A DNA stretch of 34,464 nucleotides from positions 1 to 34,464 of the forward strand of contig JASFUW010000003.1 in NCBI GenBank assembly GCA_050050135.1, written 5' to 3'. The number at the start of each line of letters is the position of its first letter. Positions within the stretch are counted from its first letter, which is position 1. The notes below the pieces were generated by a model. The model worked only from the letters and a program-made list of their open reading frames with translations. It did not search any database and was not told the DNA's origin. Below, in pieces: positions 18,262 to 27,233 of the stretch. The DNA is from Phycisphaerae bacterium (lineage in GTDB: Bacteria > Planctomycetota > Phycisphaerae > UBA1845). The translations under genes and the position numbers were made by a program.

Positions 18262-20250
18262 CTATTCGTCCTTAGCGTCCTTGCCTTTGTCCTTTCCGTC
18301 GTCCTTGTTCTCGGTTTGCCCCTTTCCCTGTTCCTTCTCTTCCTTCTTGCCGTCTTCTTTCTTGCCCTCGTCCTTCTTGTCCGCGGTCGCCTCGTCCTTC
18401 ACCTCTTTTACCCCCTCCCCTTCAGCGGATGCACCCGGCTTTCTTCCCGGGTCGGGCTCCGGTTTCGGCGTTTTCCCCAGATTCCTGGGTTGGAACTTTC
18501 CTCGTCGCGACGAGCCCGGGGCTCTGCGGGTGTTCGGTTTCTTGACTTTTCGGTCCGTCCTGCCCGGTCTGTGTGTCCGGGTGATGGCCGGTTTCTTCGT
18601 TCCGGGCTGCGGGGTGAACTTACCCGTTCGTTTTGTGGGACCGTCGCGCTTGGCGTCGGGCGACTCCGCCGGGGCCTGCGGGGTGTTTCGTACGCCCGGC
18701 CTTCCGGACGGGGCTCCGGTCCTGGCTGTACCCGGCCGGCCGGGCACCGGCGACTTCGGGTCCCGGACGGTTGTGTCCGGCTGCTTCGCCGAAGACGGCG
18801 CCTCGGCACTGCCCGGGTTTCGCGGGGCCCCCTGCCCCGTTCGCGCGGGCGTTGATGGTGCCTTTGTTTTGTCACTTTTCTGCGCGGCTTCGGCGGCTTT
18901 CCGTTCGGCTTCGGCTGCTTCACGGGCGGCCTCTTCGGCCGCCTTCTTTTCCTCCTCGTCCTTGATCTTGTGCGCAACGGCCTTTAGCTCGGGGTATTCG
19001 TCGGCTGCGTTGTTGACCACGTTGACGGCTTCGTTGAGCCAGTGCCCGATCGGGTAGATGAAGAAGTCATCACTTCTACGCGCCAGCACGCCCGTCGGAT
19101 GCATGGCCAGCAGCTCTCCGCCGTCGAATTCCTGACCTTTGGTGTAGTACTCGGTCTGGTGGGTCCGGCGGTTGTCGATCATCGCCTCCCAGATCCGCTC
19201 CGAACCGCTTCGCGTACCCAGGACCATCACGAGCTGCATGTTCTTGGCGTACTTCCAGGGTTGGGGTTTTGGCGGCGTCGGAGGAGAAGGATCTTCTCGG
19301 TCGGGTCCGGGCGGCGGTGGCACGACGCGCTTCGGCTCGACCTTGACCCGTAGCGAGTCGGTCGCGGTCCACCCTTGACCGTCGGTGGCGGTGACCACGT
19401 ACGTTCGATCATAGGGCTCGGACACGTCGAGCTCGGTTCGACAGTCGTCGGCCTTTTCAAGACCGTCGGCGGGCTCCCACTTACAGGTGTACTGCTTGTC
19501 TCCGCCGGTGACGCGAGCCCTCAGGTTGGACTTTCTCCTCTGCGGGCTTCTGAGTTTGATGTCGCGCCCGGCGTCGACTTTGAGCGGATCATAGTCGGGC
19601 TCGGGTGTGAAGGGCGTGCCGGCCCACAAGGAGGAATAATCACGCTCCTCATGGCGTACGAAGGACTCGGGTTGGTCGAGGTCCTGCGGTTTGATCTTCC
19701 CGACCTTTTCGTGTTGTGGCGGGATGAGGATCTCGATGGGAACGCGAATGTTCATCTTGGCGGGGCCGCGCTCCTTGCGAGACCGACTCGCGGGGTAGAT
19801 GGCGGGGTTGGTGACGCGGGCCAACTGGGGCAGTTCGGACGCGTCCCGCAAGAACTCGATCGCCGCCTGCAAGGTGCCCTGACCCTTGACCGTCACGGTG
19901 AGGAAGGTGAGGTCGGTTTTTTGATCGCGCTTCGGTCGGCTCGGCACGGTGCTGGCATCTACGAGCTTGTGCTTTTCGATGAGTTTGTTGAGTCGGTCGC
20001 GGAGGTCGGTCTCGACCTTTCCGAGATCGAAGGACCCGGCGCGTCCCGCTAGAGCCTGATACTTCTTGGCCCACTGCTTGACTTCCGTCTCGACGGCTTT
20101 GAGCTCTTCGTATCGCTCGTTTTTCTCAGCGATCCGGTCGTCGATGGTGAGAAGCGGTTTGATCCATTGCGGGTAGACGACCGAGTCCACGATAAACAGA
20201 AGGACCAGGACGCCGAGGGCACCCGCCAGAATTGGTTTGAGTCTTTCCAT
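18262..20250 (-). CDS. Bitopic assembly-platform protein: GspM/PilO-like domain + Ig/PKD-like domain + GspC-HR/PilP-like domain + low-complexity tail
   Basis: N-terminal TM and coiled coil; ferredoxin-like segment LTVTVKGQGTLQAAIEFL; Ig-like VDAGRD...YTCKWEP...TYVVTATDGQG; HR-like QLVMVLG...AMIDN...YYTKGQEFDGGELLAMHPTGV; lies between the PilMN gene and the secretins. Confidence 0.7.
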   Translation of the reverse strand: MERLKPILAGALGVLVLLFIVDSVVYPQWIKPLLTIDDRIAEKNERYEELKAVETEVKQWAKKYQALAGRAGSFDLGKVETDLRDRLNKLIEKHKLVDASTVPSRPKRDQKTDLTFLTVTVKGQGTLQAAIEFLRDASELPQLARVTNPAIYPASRSRKERGPAKMNIRVPIEILIPPQHEKVGKIKPQDLDQPESFVRHEERDYSSLWAGTPFTPEPDYDPLKVDAGRDIKLRSPQRRKSNLRARVTGGDKQYTCKWEPADGLEKADDCRTELDVSEPYDRTYVVTATDGQGWTATDSLRVKVEPKRVVPPPPGPDREDPSPPTPPKPQPWKYAKNMQLVMVLGTRSGSERIWEAMIDNRRTHQTEYYTKGQEFDGGELLAMHPTGVLARRSDDFFIYPIGHWLNEAVNVVNNAADEYPELKAVAHKIKDEEEKKAAEEAAREAAEAERKAAEAAQKSDKTKAPSTPARTGQGAPRNPGSAEAPSSAKQPDTTVRDPKSPVPGRPGTARTGAPSGRPGVRNTPQAPAESPDAKRDGPTKRTGKFTPQPGTKKPAITRTHRPGRTDRKVKKPNTRRAPGSSRRGKFQPRNLGKTPKPEPDPGRKPGASAEGEGVKEVKDEATADKKDEGKKEDGKKEEKEQGKGQTENKDDGKDKGKDAKDE

Positions 20251-20287
20251 CGTCTGTTTACGGTTCAGGCCTCGATGTCACTCCGTG

Positions 20288-21895
20288 TCATTCACCCGAT
20301 CCCCGGCCGGACTTGCCCTTTCGAGGCGGGCCGTCGTCGAGGATGGTGATCCGAAAATCCTGACTGAACGAGTACTTCTCGTTCTTTTTTTCCGTCTGCG
20401 ACCCGACACGGACGCGGAATCGCGGTTCTTCGTGACCCTCGCGGCGAAAGTCCATCAACCTGCGCCGGACATCCATGGCTGTGCCTCGCTCCCTGGTTTG
20501 GGTCTTGAGTGTCAGACGTCCGTCTTTCTGGTTCATTTCCAGGTTGTTGACGACCAAGTCCTTGTGGGAAGGGAGCTGGGAGAAGACGTCGTAAAGTACG
20601 TCGACCCAGACGTGCTGATCCGCGTCGAACGCCTCGACGTACCTGGCCAACTGGATGAACTTCTTGTTGTCCCGTCGCTCGCCCTCCAGCTCCGCGATTC
20701 GCTTATCGAGGGCTTGAAGGGTGTTTCGATCGTCCTGGGTGATTCCTGCCAAGGTGACGGCACCCGCAGCCAGAAAGAGCAGAGCGACCGCGGCTGCGAT
20801 CGGCGCTTTGCGAAGTCTCTGTGTGGTCTCCGAGACGCGCTTCTTGGGATGGAGGAAGTCGAAGCTTGAGGCACCCAGATCGGCGTGGCTGAGGACCAGG
20901 CCCAAGGAAGCTGCGAAGGCTGACGCCGCCGCACCTTCATCGGGTTCCCATCCGAAGGTCGTGGCCGGGTTGTACAACTCGGTGCTTATGTGCAGTTCCC
21001 GTTGGATTTCCTCGGCGAGCGCTTCCTCGACACCCACGTCACCACCAATGACGACGTGATCGATCTGCGCCCCCGGATCACCCTGGCGGTACGCCTCGAT
21101 CGAACGGGTGACTTCGAGCATGAGGGACCGGACGACGCGTTCGGGCCCGCCGGGCTCGTCTGCCAAGTCAGTGGCACCCAATCTGGGCTCATGTCCCGGA
21201 GCGGGCCCCGCCGGGCCGATCGAGCGAGGTGGCGGATGGGTGCTGATGCCCTTGGGAATCATCACCGACGCCGACCGCGAGAAGGTCAAGGCCGAATGAC
21301 GCAGGACGTCGATTTCCATGAAGGAAGGTCTGACGTCGATGAACAAGACGCGTTCGGGCATGCCGTGTCTGAGCACCTCGCAGACGGCGGCCTTGCTGGC
21401 GTAGGGTCGAAGACCGACACGATCGAGCCGCAGGCCGGCGGCGCTGAGCGAGGCCTCGTATTGTTCGAGCAGCTCGCGGCGGATGGCGGCGACCAGGACG
21501 TCGGAGGTCGCGCTGTCGTCCGGAGCGAGCGAAGCCGCGAAATCGATGACCGCCTCGGTCGCCGGAAAGGGCAGCTCTTTTGCGATCTGAATCTCGACCA
21601 TGCCGGCGAGGTCCTGCGACTGCGCGGCCGGCAGGGCGAGCGTCTTGAGGATGGCCTGGTCGCGCGGGACGTCGACGATCGCGTGTTTCGTGCCGATCCC
21701 CTCTTGTCGCAGCGTCTGTTGAATGTGGAATCCGATCTGTGTGGGCTCGTTCGGATCGACATTCTTGGGAACGGCCACCGAGAGCAGACGGTCGATCTTC
21801 ACGCCCTTCTTGTTCAAGAAGGCGTGGACGATGCGGAGCGTGTGCGCATCCCAGTCGATCGCCAGAATCCTCTTTTGCCTGGCTTTAGCGGACAC
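20288..21895 (-). CDS. PilM-PilN fusion (GspL-like): actin-like cytoplasmic domain, TM helix, coiled coil, ferredoxin-like domain
   Basis: ILAIDWD, KELPFPATEAVIDF, VLVAAI, AAGLRLDRV, EVTRSIEAY, VVIGGD, FAASLGLVL, FDFLHPKK, then TM and WVDVLYDVFSQLP; GTG start overlaps the gspK stop. Confidence 0.85.
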   Translation of the reverse strand: MSAKARQKRILAIDWDAHTLRIVHAFLNKKGVKIDRLLSVAVPKNVDPNEPTQIGFHIQQTLRQEGIGTKHAIVDVPRDQAILKTLALPAAQSQDLAGMVEIQIAKELPFPATEAVIDFAASLAPDDSATSDVLVAAIRRELLEQYEASLSAAGLRLDRVGLRPYASKAAVCEVLRHGMPERVLFIDVRPSFMEIDVLRHSALTFSRSASVMIPKGISTHPPPRSIGPAGPAPGHEPRLGATDLADEPGGPERVVRSLMLEVTRSIEAYRQGDPGAQIDHVVIGGDVGVEEALAEEIQRELHISTELYNPATTFGWEPDEGAAASAFAASLGLVLSHADLGASSFDFLHPKKRVSETTQRLRKAPIAAAVALLFLAAGAVTLAGITQDDRNTLQALDKRIAELEGERRDNKKFIQLARYVEAFDADQHVWVDVLYDVFSQLPSHKDLVVNNLEMNQKDGRLTLKTQTRERGTAMDVRRRLMDFRREGHEEPRFRVRVGSQTEKKNEKYSFSQDFRITILDDGPPRKGKSGRGSGE

Positions 21896-23612
21896 GTATT
21901 CTCTCCATGTCCTCCTCGCGGATCGGGAAACGACTACCGAGGTAGGTCAGGTCCCGATAGTATAACGTTTGAACGATCGGCCCCACGGCGTCGACGACGA
22001 CCTGCAGCCGCGTGACCATTCCCAGGTGGTCGGCGTAGCCCAGCGATTCAATTGTAAACTGCTGCCCGCGGGCTGTAACCTGCGGTGCGATCCGCTCGAA
22101 CGTATCAAGGTCGACCACCTCTTCCATCAACAACCAAGCCGTCGTCTCCTTGTCTACGGGTCCCAGCCGCTCGCGCACCTCGATGATGGCATCGATCTGT
22201 TCGGGCGAAAGACCATCGATGCAGCGGAGCACGCGTCGAGGGGCGGTATTGATGTTGATAAGGCCGGGTATCGTCTTTTGGTCCGGCGGCACGGTCGAGG
22301 TACGATCCAAGAGCGTCGGTAGATGTTCGATCGTCACCGGACTCGGCTGCATCGTCTCTCCGACTAGCTGATCTTTCAATAAGGACGCCACAGAGGGCAT
22401 CGGCGCAGATGTGCCCTTGCCATCATCCGATTCCAACCCACCCGGCGAAGCTGTTTCGGGCGACTCATTTCCTTCGTCTTCCTCGTCGACACCGCCCCGG
22501 GGGTCGTCCTCGCCGGCTCCGCTCTTCTGATTGGACTTATCAGCCTTGTTACCGGAGGGACCGGGATTCTGATCACGTTTTCCAGTGTTGTCAGAGCCGT
22601 TCGATCCGTCCCCTTTCTTGCGGGTGGCTGAGACGACGAACTCGACCACGTCGGGGTCTTCGGGGAAAGCGAGTTCGAGCTCGGCTCGGAGCTTGGCCTC
22701 CTCGCCGTAGAGATAAGCCCGCTCGCGGTTGTTGTTGCTGACGTTGCTCTCCTGCGAAAGCACGGTCAGGTAGGGATAGAGCCCGCGGTTGAGGACGCCG
22801 TCCTCGTTGGGGGTCAGCAGGCCGTTGCGGTCGAAATCCTCACCGTAGAGTATCTGACCGGTGACGCCTTTGACGAGCAGCAGCTCTTCGACCGTGTCGA
22901 AATCTCCGTTCTTGACGCGGTATGGTTGGGGAAGCCTGCGGTAGTAGTCCCCTTCCGTTCCGGCATCCTCCCGTCGGGGATTGCCGTCCTTGTCGCGCCA
23001 ATCGAGGATGGCGTCGACGATGTCCTGGGGGTTAATCTCCTCCGTGTCTTCGCCGACGGCGACGCGGACCAGTATCTGAAGCTGGTGCTCGGTGGCGGTG
23101 TTGAGATTGAGCTTGGCGGCTTCGTCTGTGATGCCGATGCGAATGCGCTCTTCGTCGTCGGTGGGGTCATCGGCGACGATGCTGAACCGATAGGCCATGA
23201 CCCCGCCGTCGTATTCCTCGTATGTGCCGAGTTCCGTGTAGTCGAAGTCTTCGACCCAGACGACGATGCGGTGAAGCTCGTCGGGATTGTTGTACCAAGA
23301 GTCGACGTCGAACTTCGACTCGCGCAGTAGAAGCTTGACCCTCTCGATGCCCGCTTCGGCGGCGAGCCGGGTCTGCAGACGAAACGAGATCGCCCGGGTC
23401 GAGGACAGATCGGCGTTTACGCGAAACGCGAAGATCGCGCAGAGCAGGCCCAGGAGCAGCAGCACCATCAAGACGACGGGCAGAATGACGGCACGGCGCT
23501 CGACCGAGCGCAATCGAACAGGATGCAGGGAACAGGGGGCGGGGATCGCCGCGGGGCGGTTGTTCCCTGATCCCGGGTCCACGGTCCATCCAGCACGTGC
23601 GTTCTGTGTCAT
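21885..23612 (-). CDS. gspK: Minor pseudopilin GspK
   Basis: RRA|VILPVVLMVLLLL, AAEAGI, ITDEAAKLNLN, IVDAILDWRD, FDTVEELLLVKGVT, ININTAP; exact start uncertain. Confidence 0.92.
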   Translation of the reverse strand: MTQNARAGWTVDPGSGNNRPAAIPAPCSLHPVRLRSVERRAVILPVVLMVLLLLGLLCAIFAFRVNADLSSTRAISFRLQTRLAAEAGIERVKLLLRESKFDVDSWYNNPDELHRIVVWVEDFDYTELGTYEEYDGGVMAYRFSIVADDPTDDEERIRIGITDEAAKLNLNTATEHQLQILVRVAVGEDTEEINPQDIVDAILDWRDKDGNPRREDAGTEGDYYRRLPQPYRVKNGDFDTVEELLLVKGVTGQILYGEDFDRNGLLTPNEDGVLNRGLYPYLTVLSQESNVSNNNRERAYLYGEEAKLRAELELAFPEDPDVVEFVVSATRKKGDGSNGSDNTGKRDQNPGPSGNKADKSNQKSGAGEDDPRGGVDEEDEGNESPETASPGGLESDDGKGTSAPMPSVASLLKDQLVGETMQPSPVTIEHLPTLLDRTSTVPPDQKTIPGLININTAPRRVLRCIDGLSPEQIDAIIEVRERLGPVDKETTAWLLMEEVVDLDTFERIAPQVTARGQQFTIESLGYADHLGMVTRLQVVVDAVGPIVQTLYYRDLTYLGSRFPIREEDMERIRVR

Positions 23613-24688
23613 TCTTCCGGCATCTCCTCCTGGGCGAGTTCCTCCATGAGGCTCTGTGCCTCGCGGCTGACACGGGAACGGAAGAGCGGGTCGGCGTGGG
23701 CGGTGCGCACGGTGATCGAGTATTGATCTTCCGGGAGCGGGTCACAATCGACGGGGTCCTCGTTGAGGCAGATGCAGAACTCCTCGTTTGGCTCGTCGGG
23801 GCCGAACGCTTCGCCGAACGGCGGCATGGGCTCGAACCCGATGGTTACGCGGACGGCCTGGGGCAACGGGTTTTCGCCGACGAGGTCCCAACTGTCCCAC
23901 CAGCGGTTTCCGTCGTAGTAGCAGAACCGAAGATAGCGGATTTCGGGCGAATAGAGTTCGTCCCAACGGATGTCCAGACCGAGGCTGGCGTCGCCCGCTT
24001 GGTCCCGCTGTTCCTCGTCTCCCGAGACGGCCCATTCCATGTCACTGGCGAACTCGTCGAGGGGGGCAAAGTCCCCGCCGTATTCGTCGGCCGTCTGAGG
24101 CGATTCCTGTCCGTCGAGCGGTTCGCCTTCGTCGAGGGCTTCGGGGTCTTCGAGCGGCGGCAGCGGACGCGGGACGAGGCGCTCGATCCGCGCGAGACCG
24201 AGGGGCAACTCGTAGTTGTCTTCGTGCATGACCTCGGGATGCCGGACGATCTTGTACTCGACCTGGACCAGGTCGTACTCGGGGGGGGCGGGGGGTTCGC
24301 GTGTGGTGCGCTCGCGGCTCTGCTCGCGGGTGGGCACGCGGTAGGTGGAAATCCAGATGCGCTCCGCCTCGCCCCGCAGGCCCACGTTGTCATCCACGGT
24401 GTTGACGGTGGCCTGGCGAATCTCGGTGGCGATCCGGTCGAGAACCACGCGGATGAGGCGGAGTCGCTGGGCGGCGGACGTGCCGTATCGGGAGGTCTCG
24501 AGCGACGAGGCATAGAACCAATACGTCATCGAGGACAAAAAGACCAGGATTCCCATCGAGAGCACCACCTCCAACAAGGTGACACCTCGACGACACTGAG
24601 TTGCGACTGCGCCGGGAGTCGGCAACCGCATACGCACGGACGCCGCTGCGTCGGTCGACGGTCTCGTCGTGATCGATGACCGCCGCAT
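23609..24688 (-). CDS. gspJ: Minor pseudopilin, GspJ-like
   Basis: Class III signal RRG|VTLLEVVLSMGIL; C-terminal LRFCYYDGNRWWDSWD...LPQAVRVTI; start and stop codons overlap both neighbours. Confidence 0.85.
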   Translation of the reverse strand: MRRSSITTRPSTDAAASVRMRLPTPGAVATQCRRGVTLLEVVLSMGILVFLSSMTYWFYASSLETSRYGTSAAQRLRLIRVVLDRIATEIRQATVNTVDDNVGLRGEAERIWISTYRVPTREQSRERTTREPPAPPEYDLVQVEYKIVRHPEVMHEDNYELPLGLARIERLVPRPLPPLEDPEALDEGEPLDGQESPQTADEYGGDFAPLDEFASDMEWAVSGDEEQRDQAGDASLGLDIRWDELYSPEIRYLRFCYYDGNRWWDSWDLVGENPLPQAVRVTIGFEPMPPFGEAFGPDEPNEEFCICLNEDPVDCDPLPEDQYSITVRTAHADPLFRSRVSREAQSLMEELAQEEMPEE

Positions 24689-25497
24689 CAGTCGCCCTCC
24701 CCGTTGTCGGGTCCGCTGTCGTCCTCCTGCTGTGAATACTCATCGAGGAGGTCCTGGATTCTCTGCCGGGCGTCGGGGGGAAGGTGCTGGGTGATGGCAT
24801 CGAGGTCGAAGACCCCCTTGGGCAGGGCGTCGAGGCAGGGCAACAGGTCCTCGATGTTCTCGAACCCGTCTCTTAGGAAGTCCTGGCGGAACTGTTCGAG
24901 GTCGATCTCGCATCCGTACTCGGCGGCTCGCTCACTGACGTCCAATAGCTCGTCGTCCGTCATGCCGAAGTCCTCGGCAAAGTTCATGGGTTCGATGGCC
25001 GCGCGCATGACATAGAGGGTGTAGAGTGTTTCCGCATAGTCGTAATCGAAGTCGTCCTGCTTGTATTCGTCCTCGCGGGGAAGGTAGAGGATGTCCAACC
25101 TCATCAGATACATCTTCTCGAGGCCGGTCTCTTCGGTGATCAGCCGCCAGCCCCAGTCGGGGTAGCGCGGGCCGAAATCCTGTTCCTCGATGTCGTCGAC
25201 CGATTCGAGCTCGATCAATCCGGTCTCGAGCTCCGCGAGCTGGTGCTCTGCCAACATTCTGGCACGAAGTTGACGTTCCATCGTGCGGACCGTCGTCTGC
25301 GCGTCCTGGACCTGGGCGCCGATGATCGCGAGCCCCACGACCAACAAGCCTGTGGCGATGACCGTCTCGAGAAGGATGTAGGCGGAAAGTCGACTACCGT
25401 GCATGTGGCGCGGCCGCGCCGAGCGACGACGCGGAGCAATCGGCTCACACCGCTCGCGCGGAGAACACCGGTTTATCTCGTTCGCACATGACACCAT
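24688..25497 (-). CDS. gspI: Minor pseudopilin, GspI-like, with acidic C-terminal extension
   Basis: LSA|YILLETVIATGLL with E at +5; ARMLAEHQLAEL; WGWRL; lies between gspH and gspJ; alternative start at 25404. Confidence 0.72.
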   Translation of the reverse strand: MVSCANEINRCSPRERCEPIAPRRRSARPRHMHGSRLSAYILLETVIATGLLVVGLAIIGAQVQDAQTTVRTMERQLRARMLAEHQLAELETGLIELESVDDIEEQDFGPRYPDWGWRLITEETGLEKMYLMRLDILYLPREDEYKQDDFDYDYAETLYTLYVMRAAIEPMNFAEDFGMTDDELLDVSERAAEYGCEIDLEQFRQDFLRDGFENIEDLLPCLDALPKGVFDLDAITQHLPPDARQRIQDLLDEYSQQEDDSGPDNGEGD

Positions 25498-25543
25498 TTT
25501 GTCAGCTTGTCGTATCCCCGATGGCGGTCCCGCGTGGTGCAGG

Positions 25544-26485
25544 TTACGGCTCGACGGGCAAGTCTCCTGCGGACTCGTCCACCTCGAGCTCTTGCCCCTT
25601 GAGTTCGACCCGACGCCCCTTTAGCTGAGTCTCTCGAATCTCGAGCACGTCGTCTTCGGTCAGGACGCGCGTCGCCAAAAAGTCCTGTCGCAGGACCGCG
25701 GGCCAGTTCTTCTCCTCGAACAGGTCGAGTTCCTCGTCGTAAAACGGCCGCTGAAGCCAGGCGAGGCCCATCGGACCGTCCACGATGACGTCCATCTGGG
25801 GGTAGTCCTCGAGGGCGTCGACCTCGATGTCCTCCGGCGCGGTTGTGAGCACGAAGGTCACCCATTCACTTGTACCGTCGGGTTCGATCAAAAGTGGCGG
25901 TCGTTCGGGATCGAGGTCCTGTTCCCCGAAAGCCTGTTCCAGCTCTTCTTCAATGTCTTTGCGCCCCTGACGGCGCAGGTTCTGGATTTGTTCGATTGTG
26001 GGGCGCCCCAGGCGCACCTCGGCACATCGGACGTCCTCCAGGAAGATCCGCCCCAGCGACCAGGTGTCCTCGACGAGCGTGAAGATCTCGGGGTCGTTGA
26101 CCGGGTCTTCCTCCCGCTCGACGAGCGGCTGGCGCTGCGTGCCGAACTGGTCTTCTTCGTCCTCGTTGGGGAAGCGGATGCGGTATCGCTTGCCCTCAAA
26201 CTGGGCGTTGGCGCGGGTGATGGCGATCAGCGAGCGAAACTGCTTCGCGGAACGGACGAGGGCGTCGCCTTTCATCTCGCCCAGAAATGCGGGCACAACC
26301 ATCGCGGCGATCAGCACCACGATGCCCAACACCAAGACCACCTCCAGCAGCGTGAAGGCGCGATGTGGTTCGGACCGTGTTGTGTTCCTGCTATTTAGCA
26401 ACCGAGCCGCCGGCATCAGCCCGGACGGTGCGTCGCAATCACGACGCTCGTGGCATCGCGCGCGTAAACGAACAAAGCGTCCCAT
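25544..26485 (-). CDS. gspH: Minor pseudopilin, GspH/FimT-like
   Basis: HRA|FTLLEVVLVLGIV; TRANAQFEGKRYRIRF; LIEPDGTS; ATG 26485 after GGAAGGA. Confidence 0.8.
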   Translation of the reverse strand: MGRFVRLRARCHERRDCDAPSGLMPAARLLNSRNTTRSEPHRAFTLLEVVLVLGIVVLIAAMVVPAFLGEMKGDALVRSAKQFRSLIAITRANAQFEGKRYRIRFPNEDEEDQFGTQRQPLVEREEDPVNDPEIFTLVEDTWSLGRIFLEDVRCAEVRLGRPTIEQIQNLRRQGRKDIEEELEQAFGEQDLDPERPPLLIEPDGTSEWVTFVLTTAPEDIEVDALEDYPQMDVIVDGPMGLAWLQRPFYDEELDLFEEKNWPAVLRQDFLATRVLTEDDVLEIRETQLKGRRVELKGQELEVDESAGDLPVEP

Positions 26486-26551
26486 CAGCGATCCTTCCCA
26501 TAGCCTGACCCGAGGGTGTGTCGACCACAACGAGACGCGAGCGCGCGACGG

Positions 26552-27073
26552 CTACTTTTCGAGCCAGTTCTTGATGTCGTCGCTGCCTTCCTTGCCGCCG
26601 TCGTCGACACGGTCGGGCCCGCGGCTCCACAGGTCGTACATCTCCTCGCCATGAACCTCACCGGGGAAGCGGTATTCGTACGGGCTGCCCCAGGGGTCTT
26701 TCAGCTCCTCGAACTCACCTTCGAGATAGGGTCCTTTGTAGTTCTCGTTGTCGGCTTCCTCTTTTCGTTGGTACAGGGCCTCGAGACCCTCGTCGGTCTC
26801 GGGGAAGTTGCCCATGTCCCACTTGTAGGTTTTCAGGGCCTTGGCGATCGGCCCGTTCTGCTTGATGGCCGCCTCGCAAAGCTTGATCTTCGCCGTCTGG
26901 GCTTGCTGGAAGAGCTTGGGAATCGCAAAGGCCGCCAGCAACGCCAGGATTCCCGCTACCAGCAACAGTTCCATGAGTGTGAACGCTGATCTCCTCGCGT
27001 TCGCCGCTGCCACATCGTCGCGTCTCACCTTCGGCCGCATCACGCGTCTCCGTTTGAAAGAGAGGTCATTCAT
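26552..27073 (-). CDS. gspG: Major pseudopilin GspG
   Basis: RRSA|FTLMELLLV; ALKTYKWDMGNFPETDEGLEAL; YKGPYL; DPWGSPYEY; YDLWSRGPD; DDIKNW. Confidence 0.95.
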   Translation of the reverse strand: MNDLSFKRRRVMRPKVRRDDVAAANARRSAFTLMELLLVAGILALLAAFAIPKLFQQAQTAKIKLCEAAIKQNGPIAKALKTYKWDMGNFPETDEGLEALYQRKEEADNENYKGPYLEGEFEELKDPWGSPYEYRFPGEVHGEEMYDLWSRGPDRVDDGGKEGSDDIKNWLEK

Positions 27074-27233
27074 AATCCCTCGTCACCATATCGAAAAAGG
27101 GCGTCTCACGTTCGCCACTGCGTTCGCGGGCTGTCAACGCCGGTCACCGCCGTGTCGCCCGCTGTCTCTTGCGAACGCTTCCGTTCTCCGCGTTCGGATT
27201 CACGCTCGTCCCTCGGTCGCGTTCACCGTGCCA

